A stretch of 32,000 nt of DNA from Mycolicibacterium smegmatis (lineage in GTDB: Bacteria; Actinomycetota; Actinomycetes; Mycobacteriales; Mycobacteriaceae), in NCBI RefSeq assembly GCF_001457595.1, contig NZ_LN831039.1, positions 6,330,001 to 6,362,000 on the forward strand, written 5' to 3'. The notes beneath the pieces were generated by a model. That model ran no database searches. It saw only the letters and a list, made by a program, of their open reading frames with translations, and was not told where the DNA came from. Position 1 is the stretch's first letter. The number at the start of each line of letters is the position of its first letter. This document shows positions 8,069-18,350 of this stretch, piece by piece. The translations under genes and the position numbers were made by a program.

Positions 8069-8908
8069 ATGAGTTCAGCCGCCGAACGTGCAGCGAAATT
8101 GGATTTGGTGGGTCGCCTCAAAGCGCACTTTCCCGAAATTCCCGACGCGCCGCCACCCGACCTGCTCGACCATGACCGGTTTCTCGCGTACATGAAGACC
8201 GTTCACGACGTCGGCGGCGAACCGGACGCGCCGATGAAGTACGAGAACAAGGAGTACGAGTACTGGGAGCACATGACCTACGTCATCTGCGAGGTGCTGG
8301 CATGGCGGGGCATCTGGCTCTCCGAGGAGCGCCGCCGCATCGGCAACGTCGACGTGGGACGCGCGATCTACCAGGGCATCCCCTATTACGGCCGGTGGCT
8401 GTGGGCCGTCGCGCGCGTGCTGATCGAAAAACACCACATCAGCCACGGTGAACTCACGGACCGCATGGTCGAGGTGCAGGAACGCTACCGGGACGGGTTG
8501 GCCGGACGCATGCTCGAGGCGACGCCGAAGTCCGAGGGCGACGGCGCCGACGTGAGGCGCAACGAGCACCACATCCGCGCGGTCGGCATTGGCGATCCGC
8601 AGATCTACGCAGGCAAGGCAGGCACGCCGAAATTCTCGGTCGGCGAGGCCGTGGTGGTCCGCGACCTGCCTGCCCTGCTCTACACGCGCACACCGGAATA
8701 CGTGCGCGGCGCCAAAGGGGTGATCGCCGAGGTCACCTACGAGAGCCCGGCGCCCGAGGACGAGACCTGGGACCGCACGGACGCCACACCGGAGTGGTTC
8801 TACATCGTGCGCTTCAACCTCTCCGAGTTGTTCTACGGCTACACCGGAACCTCAACGGACACACTGCAAACCGAGATCCCCGAACGCTGGTTGGAGAAGA
8901 GCCTATGA
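8069..8908 (+). CDS. Nitrile hydratase beta-subunit homologue with N-terminal extension
   Basis: ATG 8069 (purine-rich AAAAGGGGG at 8055-8063) within ORF 8018..8908. The VHDVGGE motif sits at residues 45-51. The C-terminal SH3-like block ..FSVGEAVVVRDL..YTRTPEYVRGAKGVIAEV..WFYIVRFNLSELF.. matches NHase beta. Confidence 0.85.
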   Translation: MSSAAERAAKLDLVGRLKAHFPEIPDAPPPDLLDHDRFLAYMKTVHDVGGEPDAPMKYENKEYEYWEHMTYVICEVLAWRGIWLSEERRRIGNVDVGRAIYQGIPYYGRWLWAVARVLIEKHHISHGELTDRMVEVQERYRDGLAGRMLEATPKSEGDGADVRRNEHHIRAVGIGDPQIYAGKAGTPKFSVGEAVVVRDLPALLYTRTPEYVRGAKGVIAEVTYESPAPEDETWDRTDATPEWFYIVRFNLSELFYGYTGTSTDTLQTEIPERWLEKSL

Positions 8909-9621
8909 GCGGTAACCACGACCACGATCACGACCACGACCACGCGCGCACGGTCAAGCCCATGGTCGACGAGGTCACCGACTTCGAGGTGCTCGAGATC
9001 GCGTTGCGCGAACTGTGTATCGAGAAGGGCATCTTCACCGCCGAGGAGCACCGCCGGTTCACCGAGTTCGCCGAGCAGATCGGGCCGACGCCTGCCGCGC
9101 GTCTGGTGGCCAAGGCCTGGCTGGATCCCGAATTCAAGCAGCTCGCGCTCACCGATGCGCTGGCCGCCAGCAAGGCCGTGGGTGTCGACTGGCTGGAGCC
9201 CACCGGATTCGGAACACCCAGCGATTTCACGGCTTTCAAGATTCTCGAGGACACCCCGACGCTGCACCACGTGATCGTGTGTGCGTTGTGCTCGTGCTAC
9301 CCGCGGCCCATCCTGGGCAACTCCCCCGAGTGGTACCGCACACCGAACTACCGCAGACGGCTCGTGCGCTGGCCGCGGCAGGTGCTCGCCGAGTTCGGCC
9401 TGTACCTGCCCGACGACGTCGAGGTCCGCGTCGAGGACTCCAACCAGAAGCACCGCTTCATGGTCATGCCGATGCGGCCCGAGGGCACCGAGGGCTGGAC
9501 CGAGGACCAGCTCGCCGAGATCATCACGCGCGACTGCCTGATCGGCGTCGCGCTGCCCAAGCCCGGCGTCACCACCAACGTGATCGTCGACACCCGTCCC
9601 GCGATCCATCCGGCGGGGTGA
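8905..9621 (+). CDS. Nitrile hydratase alpha-subunit homologue (Co-type-like, atypical metal claw)
   Basis: ATG 8905 forms an ATGA overlap with the beta-subunit stop. It aligns by eye along its whole length with Rhodococcus/Pseudonocardia NHase alpha (..AKAWLDPEFK.., ..HHVIVCALCSCYPRPILGNSPEWYR..YRRR.., ..VEVRVEDSNQKHRFMVMPMRPEGTEGW..). The N-terminus reads MSGN-HDHDHDHDH. Confidence 0.92.
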   Translation: MSGNHDHDHDHDHARTVKPMVDEVTDFEVLEIALRELCIEKGIFTAEEHRRFTEFAEQIGPTPAARLVAKAWLDPEFKQLALTDALAASKAVGVDWLEPTGFGTPSDFTAFKILEDTPTLHHVIVCALCSCYPRPILGNSPEWYRTPNYRRRLVRWPRQVLAEFGLYLPDDVEVRVEDSNQKHRFMVMPMRPEGTEGWTEDQLAEIITRDCLIGVALPKPGVTTNVIVDTRPAIHPAG

Positions 9622-9624
9622 GAC

Positions 9625-9975
9625 ATGGCTGATATGCCCGAAGAGCCCACCACTCTCAAGCGCATCGTCGAGCGCAACCAGATCTGGCCCGTCATGGCGG
9701 CCAAGTACGGCGTGGAAAACCCTGTGCCGCCGTGGAAGTCGAGCCTCGACGGGCTGTGCGACGCGCTCGACCATTCGGAGTGCGGGCCACAGGTGCTGAA
9801 CTTCAAGGACCGCCGCGACGAGGAAGACGCGCTGGCGGCCACGGTGTACGCCGACGTCCCCTATCCCGAGAACCAGTTGCTGGCCCTTGCGCACTCGCTG
9901 CTGGCCCGCGGAGTGATCGACGAGGCCGAACTGCAGCAGCGGATCGCATCCGTGCGCGCCCGACTGGAGGCGTGA
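9625..9975 (+). CDS. Small protein, possible NHase accessory/activator (beta-N-terminal-like)
   Basis: 116 aa, starting 3 nt after the alpha-subunit stop. Its size, position and C-terminal helix (..ENQLLALAHSLLARGVIDEAELQQRI..) are reminiscent of NHase beta N-terminal halves and the beta-like activators (NhlE/P14K class). The similarity is weak by eye. Confidence 0.4.
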   Translation: MADMPEEPTTLKRIVERNQIWPVMAAKYGVENPVPPWKSSLDGLCDALDHSECGPQVLNFKDRRDEEDALAATVYADVPYPENQLLALAHSLLARGVIDEAELQQRIASVRARLEA

Positions 9976-10005
9976 TCCTCGGCGTCGTCGGCTAGTTTCG
10001 GGTCC

Positions 10006-11376
10006 ATGACCACCCGGGACGCCACGATCGACCTGCGCCAGACGGTCGCGTCGAACACGCCCAAGGCCGTCGAGTTGTGGCTCGAGGTCACCACCGACTC
10101 CGATGAGCGCGAGCGCCAACTCGCGGCCCTGTCGCCCGCCGAGCGCCGAGGCCTCGGTGACCTGCTGGACGCGAACACCGGGGCCGAACTGTTGTGCAGC
10201 GTCGAGATCGACCTCGCGGCACGACTGCTCAAGTCGATGTCGGACTCCGCGGCCGCGCGCGTGCTGCAGCTGCTCAACTCCCCCGACGCGGCCGACATCC
10301 TGCGCGAACTCGACGAACACCGGCGCGAGGCGGTGTTGGGCGCCATGCCGATCGAACGGGCACGCGCGCTGCTCGACGTGCTGGCCTGGCCCGAGGACTC
10401 GGTGGCAGCCCGCATGCACACCGACACCCCCAGCGTCGTCCCGTCGGCCACCATCGCCGAGGCCGTCGACCAGATCCGCGACTACGCCGCGGCGCACCCC
10501 GACGGGGCCGTCGGGGCCTCGGTGTGCGTCGTCGACGCCGACAACACGCTGCGCGGCGCGGTGCGCCTGCGTGAACTGGTACTGGCACAGCCGCAGGTCG
10601 CGATCGGCACGCTGATGCGCGACGTGCCGGTGACGGTCACACCGCTGACCGACATCGAGGAGGCCGCCAAGACACTGATCGAGCACAAGCTCGACGAACT
10701 GCCCGTCGTCGACGCCGAGGGCCGGCTGCTGGGCATCCTCGTCGAGGACGACGCCATCGAGGCCGTCGAACGCGAGGCCACCGAGGACGCCGAGCGCCAG
10801 GGCGGCTCCGAACCGCTCGACGTGCCGTACCTGCGCGCCTCCCCCTGGTTGCTGTGGCGCAAGCGCATCGTGTGGCTGCTGGTGCTGTTCGCCGCCGAGG
10901 CCTACACCGGCACCGTGCTGCGGGCCTTCGAGGACGAGATGGAGGCCGTCGTCGCGCTCGCGTTCTTCATCCCGCTGCTGATCGGCACCGGCGGCAACAC
11001 CGGCACACAGATCACCACGACGCTGGTCCGCGCGATGGGCACCGGTCAGATCCGGTTCCGCGACCTGCCTGCGATCGTCTCCAAGGAGATGTCGACGGGC
11101 TTTCTGATCGCGGTCGCGATGGCGGCCGCGGCGCTGATCCGGGCATGGACACTGGGCGTCGGTCCCGAGGTGACGCTCACGGTGTGCCTGACCGTGGCGG
11201 CCATCGTGCTGTGGGCCTCACTGGTGTCGTCGGTGCTGCCGCTGGTGCTCAGGAAACTGCGGGTCGACCCGGCCGTGGTGTCTGCGCCGATGATCGCGAC
11301 CGTGGTCGACGGCACCGGCCTGATGATTTATTTCTGGATCGCGCATCTGACGTTGCCCCAGCTCGCGGGTCTGTGA
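10006..11376 (+). CDS. mgtE: MgtE-family divalent cation channel (Mg2+/Co2+)
   Basis: 456 aa with an MgtE N-domain, a CBS pair (..VCVVDADNTLRGAVRLREL.., ..LPVVDAEGRLLGILVEDD..) and a TM domain carrying ..FFIPLLIGTGGNTGTQ.. and ..PAVVSAPMIATVVDGTGLMIYF... It starts only 30 nt after the preceding stop. Confidence 0.93.
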   Translation: MTTRDATIDLRQTVASNTPKAVELWLEVTTDSDERERQLAALSPAERRGLGDLLDANTGAELLCSVEIDLAARLLKSMSDSAAARVLQLLNSPDAADILRELDEHRREAVLGAMPIERARALLDVLAWPEDSVAARMHTDTPSVVPSATIAEAVDQIRDYAAAHPDGAVGASVCVVDADNTLRGAVRLRELVLAQPQVAIGTLMRDVPVTVTPLTDIEEAAKTLIEHKLDELPVVDAEGRLLGILVEDDAIEAVEREATEDAERQGGSEPLDVPYLRASPWLLWRKRIVWLLVLFAAEAYTGTVLRAFEDEMEAVVALAFFIPLLIGTGGNTGTQITTTLVRAMGTGQIRFRDLPAIVSKEMSTGFLIAVAMAAAALIRAWTLGVGPEVTLTVCLTVAAIVLWASLVSSVLPLVLRKLRVDPAVVSAPMIATVVDGTGLMIYFWIAHLTLPQLAGL

Positions 11377-11413
11377 CACGACCGCGGTTTGGGAACTGCC
11401 AGCCGGGCGCGCT

Positions 11414-13351
<1,938 letters not shown>

Positions 13352-13364
13352 TTTCACTTCTGCC

Positions 13365-13403
13365 GTCGGCGCCGTTGCCTCGCAACGGCGCCGACGTCGT
13401 TTC
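13365..13403 (+). terminator. Intrinsic-terminator-like hairpin after leuA
   Basis: A perfect 14-bp stem, GTCGGCGCCGTTGC (13365-13378) pairing with GCAACGGCGCCGAC (13382-13395), has a 3-nt loop and is followed by GTCGTTT. It starts 14 nt after the leuA stop. Confidence 0.6.
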
Positions 13404-13534
13404 CCGCCATGTACAGAGTGTCCAATTCTGACCTTGATCGGTGACGAAGTGTCAGGGGTGCTGCGTGCGTTTCGACCGCACACTCGTATCTGTCACATAT
13501 CTCACGTTCCACCAACCTGATCAGGGAGGAATCT

Positions 13535-16500
13535 GTGTCCACCGCGTTCTTCAACGGCGAAGAACTTGACGCACTGGCCGGTGACGAGATCACCGTCCGT
13601 CTGCACCATCCCGTCCACCCGCACGAACCTCTGCGATTCGTCCTGGCCGCGGGGCAACCCGTTCCGCTACGCCGGATGCTGCCCGCGCTGGAAAGCATGG
13701 ATCTCGAGGTCATCAACGAGCACACCACGTCACCGACCCGGGACGACGGATCGGTGTGCCACGTCTACGAGCTGGTCCTCGACCCCGGCACCGCCGGCGC
13801 GCAGGGCTTCGCACGGGACTGGAACCGGGCACAAGACCAGATCTGTGACACCTTCCGCGCCATCTGGTCCGACCGCATCGAGGCCGACCGCTTGAACGCG
13901 CTGATCCCCACCGCGGGCCTCGACTGGCGCCAGGTCGCGGTGTTGCGCAGCTACAGCCGCTACCTGCGTCAGCTCCCCCTGCCGTACGGGCAGGGGCGCA
14001 TCCAGCAGGTGCTGCTGGACAACCCCGCGGCGACCACGGCGGTCGTCGCACTGTTCGAGGCGCGTTTCGCGCGCCAGTCGGTGTCGTCGGGCGCTGTGCG
14101 GGAACGCGATATGGCCGCGGCCGATCAACGCCTGGAAGCCGAGATCGACCGCGTGGTGCACATCGACGCCGACCGCATCCTGCGCACCTACCGCAGCCTG
14201 GTCAACGCGACCGTGCGCACCAACGCCTTCACGCCCGAGGCGCTCACACCGAAGGCGCCGTATCTGGTGCACAAGTTCGACGCGTCGGCCATCGACGAAC
14301 TTCCGCAGCCGCGCCCGCTGTCGGAAATCTTCGTCTACGCACCGCAATTCGAGGGTCTGCACCTGCGCTTCGGCCTGGTCGCGCGCGGCGGGCTGCGCTG
14401 GTCGGACCGTCACGACGACTACCGCACCGAGGTGCTCGGCCTGGTCAAGGCGCAGGCGGTCAAGAACGCGATGATCGTGCCTGCCGGCGCCAAGGGCGTC
14501 TTCGTCGTCAAACCGCCGTCGTCGTCGCGCACCGAGGGGATGCGGTGCTACAAGCAGTTCGTCTCGGCCCTGCTCGACGTCGTCGACAACGCGGTGTCCG
14601 ATGAACCGCCCGCACCCGAGGGCGTCGTGTGCCACGACGGCCCCGACCCGTACCTCGTGGTGGCCGCCGACAAGGGCACCGCGACGTTCTCCGACATCGC
14701 CAACGCCGTCGCCCTCGACCGTGGCTACTGGCTGGGTGACGCGTTCGCCTCGGGTGGCTCGGCCGGTTACGACCACAAGGCCATGGGCATCACCGCGCGC
14801 GGCGCGTGGGTCAGTGGCGACAGCCATCTGCAGGAGCTCGGGATCGATTCGGCCACCGACGAATTCCGCGTCGTCGGCATCGGCGACATGAGCGGCGACG
14901 TGTTCGGCAACGGGATGCTGCTGCGCCGCGGCATCCGGCTGGTGGCCGCGTTCGATCACCGCCACATCTTCGTCGACCCCGATCCGTCGACGCAGGCCGC
15001 CTACCGCGAGCGGCAGCGCCTGTTCGCACTTGCGCGCTCGTCGTGGGACGACTACGACCGCGCCGTGATCAGCGCGGGCGGCGGGGTGTGGCCACGCACC
15101 GCGAAACGCATTCCGGTGTCCGAGCAGATGCGCGCAACACTCGGCATCTCCGGGGAGATCACGTCGGTGACGCCGACCGAGCTGATCCGCCACATCCTGT
15201 GCGCCCCGGTCGATCTGCTGTTCAACGGCGGCATCGGCACCTACATCAAGGCCTCCGACGAGCAGCACGGCGATGTCGGCGACAAGGTCAACGACAACGT
15301 TCGCGTGGACGCGAACCAGGTGCGCGCCAAGGTGATCGTCGAGGGCGGCAACCTCGGTGTGTCACCGCGCGGCCGTATCGAGTTCGCGCGCAACGGCGGC
15401 TACATCAACACCGATGCGATCGACAACGCCGCGGGCGTGGACTGCTCGGATCACGAGGTGAACCTCAAGATCCTGCTGGCGGGCCGGATCCGCGGCACCG
15501 AGCGCAACACGCTGCTGGCCGATATGACCGACGAGGTCGCCGCGCACGTGCTGGCCAACAACCGGGCTCACAACCGCCTGCTGCGCGACGCGCGGTCCAA
15601 CGCCGCGCAGATGGTGTCGGTGCACGCCCGCATGACCACCGCACTCGAACGCGACGGCCTGGTGCGCGAGCTCGAACATCTGCCCAGCGCCGAGGAATTC
15701 GCGGCGATGGCGTCGGCGGGCGAAGGCCTCACCCGACCGCAGCTCGCGACGCTGATGGCGCACACCAAGCTGGGCCTCAAGGCCGACCTGCTGGCCGCCG
15801 ACGATTTCGACGATCCGTACTTCACCGCGGCCCTGCACCGGTACTTCCCGGCGACGCTGCGCCGCCGGCTCGGCGACCGGCTCACCGAGCATCCGCTGCG
15901 GCGTGAGATCGTCGCGACGGCAGTGGTCAACCATGTGCTCGCGACCTCGGGCCTGACGTACGCGTTCCGGCTCGTCGAGGAAACCGACGCCGGGACAAGC
16001 GAGATCGTGCGGGCGCATGCTGTGGCGTCGGAGGTCTTCGAACTCGACGCGCTGTGGCACGACATCCACGCCGCAGGCCTCTCTCCGCAACTCACCGACA
16101 GCCTGATCATCGAGGGCAGGCGCCTGCTGGACCGGGCGTCGCGGTGGTTCCTGCTGAACCGCCCGCAGCCGCTGTCGATCGCCGCCGAGGCCGCGCGCTT
16201 CCAGGCGGTGGCGATGCTGCGCGGCAAGTTGTCGGAGATGTTGCGCGGCGACGAACTGCTCACGGTCACACGCCTTCACGACGAGTACGTCGCCCAAGGC
16301 GTGCCTGCCGACATCGCACGGCGGCTCAGTGAGGCGCTGTACTCGTACAGCCTGCTCGACATCATCGACATCGCGCACGCCCATTCCGAGGACGCCACGC
16401 GGCTCGCACACATCTACTTCGAGTTGTCGGCACATCTCGGGGTCGACGGCCTGCTGTACGCGGTGTCGTCGCTGCCCCGCAACGGTCGGTGGAATGCGTT

Positions 16501-16747
16501 GGCGCGGTTGGCACTGCGTGAGGATCTGTACCGGTCGCTGCGCGACCTGGCGCGCGACGTCTACCGCATGGTCGGCCCGCACACCGACAACGTCGACGTG
16601 ATCGCCGAGTTCGAGGCCTACAACCGGCCCCGGATCGAACGCGCCCGGCGCACGCTGCGGGAAGTTCTCGCCACCGAGAACCCCGATTTGGCGATGCTGT
16701 CGGTGGCGACCGCGCAGGTGCGCCGCCTCACCACCGCGGGCGGATGA
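13535..16747 (+). CDS. NAD-specific glutamate dehydrogenase, large-type but short (about 1070 aa, 'L_115'-like) form
   Basis: GTG 13535 with GGGAGGA at 13524-13530. Large-GDH catalytic core blocks are present (..RGGLRWSDRHDDYRTEVLGLVKAQAVKNAMIVPAGAKG.., ..VVAADKGTATFSD.AN.., ..GGSAGYDHKAMGITARGAW.., ..GIGDMSGDVFGNGML.., ..IDNAAGVDCSDHEVNLKILL..). Confidence 0.9.
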   Translation: MSTAFFNGEELDALAGDEITVRLHHPVHPHEPLRFVLAAGQPVPLRRMLPALESMDLEVINEHTTSPTRDDGSVCHVYELVLDPGTAGAQGFARDWNRAQDQICDTFRAIWSDRIEADRLNALIPTAGLDWRQVAVLRSYSRYLRQLPLPYGQGRIQQVLLDNPAATTAVVALFEARFARQSVSSGAVRERDMAAADQRLEAEIDRVVHIDADRILRTYRSLVNATVRTNAFTPEALTPKAPYLVHKFDASAIDELPQPRPLSEIFVYAPQFEGLHLRFGLVARGGLRWSDRHDDYRTEVLGLVKAQAVKNAMIVPAGAKGVFVVKPPSSSRTEGMRCYKQFVSALLDVVDNAVSDEPPAPEGVVCHDGPDPYLVVAADKGTATFSDIANAVALDRGYWLGDAFASGGSAGYDHKAMGITARGAWVSGDSHLQELGIDSATDEFRVVGIGDMSGDVFGNGMLLRRGIRLVAAFDHRHIFVDPDPSTQAAYRERQRLFALARSSWDDYDRAVISAGGGVWPRTAKRIPVSEQMRATLGISGEITSVTPTELIRHILCAPVDLLFNGGIGTYIKASDEQHGDVGDKVNDNVRVDANQVRAKVIVEGGNLGVSPRGRIEFARNGGYINTDAIDNAAGVDCSDHEVNLKILLAGRIRGTERNTLLADMTDEVAAHVLANNRAHNRLLRDARSNAAQMVSVHARMTTALERDGLVRELEHLPSAEEFAAMASAGEGLTRPQLATLMAHTKLGLKADLLAADDFDDPYFTAALHRYFPATLRRRLGDRLTEHPLRREIVATAVVNHVLATSGLTYAFRLVEETDAGTSEIVRAHAVASEVFELDALWHDIHAAGLSPQLTDSLIIEGRRLLDRASRWFLLNRPQPLSIAAEAARFQAVAMLRGKLSEMLRGDELLTVTRLHDEYVAQGVPADIARRLSEALYSYSLLDIIDIAHAHSEDATRLAHIYFELSAHLGVDGLLYAVSSLPRNGRWNALARLALREDLYRSLRDLARDVYRMVGPHTDNVDVIAEFEAYNRPRIERARRTLREVLATENPDLAMLSVATAQVRRLTTAGG

Positions 16748-16870
16748 GCCCGACGCGCATCTGATTCACGACACACTGCGGCCGGCTCGGCATACGGGCC
16801 GTTCGCAGCGTTTTTCGTGGTTGACTGACGGTTGCGTCAAAAGCCGCGCAAAACCGACAAGGAGCAACAC

Positions 16871-17257
16871 ATGGACTGGGGCTCAACCTGGGATTTCCTC
16901 TGGCATTTCCTGATCATCTTCGCCTGGATCGCATACCTGCTGGTGCTCTTCCAGATCCTGGGTGATCTGTTCTGGCGCGACCACACCACTTCGGGCTTCG
17001 CCAAGGCGCTCTGGGTGGTCTTCCTGATCCTGTTCCCGTGGCTCACGGCCCTGGTGTACGTGATCGCGCGCGGCAAGGGCATGGCCGAACGCGCCCGCGC
17101 CGCGGCACTGGCCGCCAAGCAGGAGACCGACAGTTACATCCGCGAAGCCGCCGGTCGCTCGCCGGCCCAGGAGATCGCCGACGCCAAGGCGCTGCTGGAT
17201 GCGGGCACCATCACAGCCGAGGAGTTCGAGGCACTGAAGGCCAAGGCGCTCAGCTGA
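16871..17257 (+). CDS. Small membrane protein, PLD-nuclease-N-terminal (PLDc_N)-like TM domain plus C-terminal SHOCT-like motif
   Basis: ATG 16871 (AAGGAG at 16859-16864) within ORF 16832..17257. It has two hydrophobic helices with ..LWVVFLILFPWLTALVYVIARGKG.. and a C-terminal ..AKALLDAGTITAEEFEALKAKAL.. (SHOCT-type). Confidence 0.7.
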   Translation: MDWGSTWDFLWHFLIIFAWIAYLLVLFQILGDLFWRDHTTSGFAKALWVVFLILFPWLTALVYVIARGKGMAERARAAALAAKQETDSYIREAAGRSPAQEIADAKALLDAGTITAEEFEALKAKALS

Positions 17258-17263
17258 TCTGAC

Positions 17264-18277
17264 TCAGAACAGCGCGTACTGGTCACCGTCGGCGGTGGTG
17301 TCGACGAACGTCTCGACGTCGGCACCACCGACCACATGGTCGAGCAGACGCATGAACTCGTCGTCACGCACCAGCGGTACGCCGAGTTCCTTGGCCTGGT
17401 AGCCCTTGCCCTGCTCGGGCGCCGGGTCGTTGCAGATCACCAGCGACGTCTGCAGATCCACCATGTCGCTGTAGGCAAGGCCGGCGTGCAGGACGCGCTC
17501 GAGCAGTTCCTCGTGTGTGCGCACCACCTCGGCCGACAGCGCCACCCGCATCCCCTGCACCAGCGGGCGGCCCGCGACGAACGGACCCGGGTTGGCGTAA
17601 CGGCACGGCAGACGCGACGCCTCGACCTTGAGCGGACGCAATTCGTCGTGTGTCACATGCCCGTTGGGCCAGCGCTTGCGCGTCAGCTGACGCAGCGGCA
17701 GCCACACCTTGCGGTCGCGGGCGCGTGCCAGCGTGGGTTTGAGGATCTGCGCGAGCACCAGCGCGTCGTCGAGCGCGTCATGCGGCTTCATCTGCGTGAC
17801 GCCCCAGTGCGCGGCCAGCGTCTCCAGACGCAGGTTCTCGGTACCGAGCTCGAGCCTGCGTGCCAGCTCGACCGTGCACATCGCGGTGTCGATGGGAAGT
17901 TCGGCGCCCACCAGTTCGGCCTCGGCGGCCAGGAAGCTGTAGTCGAACCCCGCGTTGTGGGCGACCAGGGTGCGTCCGCGCAGCACCTCGATCAGCTCGT
18001 CGACGACGTCGGCGAAGCACGGCTGGCCCTCCAGCATCTCGGCGGTGAGCCCATGTACGTGCGTCGGCCCCGGATCGACACCAGGGTTGAGCAGACTGGA
18101 CATGCTGTGCTCGACACTGCCGTCGTCACCGACCGCCAGCGCGGCCACGCTCACGATGCGCGCCTGACCGGGCCGGAAGCCCGTGGTCTCGACATCGACG
18201 ACCGCCCAGCCCGAGCCCGGCTCATCCGCCGGCCGCCCCCACAACTGCGGGGTGCTCGACAGCGGTGCTCGGCTCAC
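17264..18277 (-). CDS. dnaQ: DnaQ-like 3'-5' exonuclease (DEDDh) with C-terminal BRCT domain
   Basis: C-terminal part of ORF 17264..18739(-). Exo motifs ..WAVVDVETTG.., ..LVAHNAGFDYSFL.., ..HDALDDA..; BRCT-like tail ..GMRVALSAEV..LVICND..KAKELGVPLV... The start is uncertain: GTG 18277 is chosen and GTG 18319 is an alternative. The remaining upstream ORF overlaps murT and looks like a GC artefact. Confidence 0.8.
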   Translation of the reverse strand: MSRAPLSSTPQLWGRPADEPGSGWAVVDVETTGFRPGQARIVSVAALAVGDDGSVEHSMSSLLNPGVDPGPTHVHGLTAEMLEGQPCFADVVDELIEVLRGRTLVAHNAGFDYSFLAAEAELVGAELPIDTAMCTVELARRLELGTENLRLETLAAHWGVTQMKPHDALDDALVLAQILKPTLARARDRKVWLPLRQLTRKRWPNGHVTHDELRPLKVEASRLPCRYANPGPFVAGRPLVQGMRVALSAEVVRTHEELLERVLHAGLAYSDMVDLQTSLVICNDPAPEQGKGYQAKELGVPLVRDDEFMRLLDHVVGGADVETFVDTTADGDQYALF

Positions 18278-18337
18278 AACGTCAGGATGGCACGCGGCTC
18301 CGACAAGCCGGGTCGGCACGCCAGCGTGTCGTGCACA

Positions 18338-18343
18338 TAAAAT
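18338..18343 (+). promoter_or_regulatory. Candidate -10 element (TAAAAT) placing the transcription start at the murT ATG (leaderless)
   Basis: TAAAAT at 18338-18343 fits the mycobacterial TANNNT -10. Seven nt separate it from A18351 of the murT ATG, and no Shine-Dalgarno sequence lies in between (CCCGGGA). Confidence 0.35.
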
Positions 18344-18350
18344 CCCGGGA

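Noticed and set aside
9976-10005. M-box (Mg2+) riboswitch upstream of mgtE
   Set aside because: The spacer to the preceding stop is only 30 nt, far too short for the M-box aptamer, and the upstream sequence is clearly coding.
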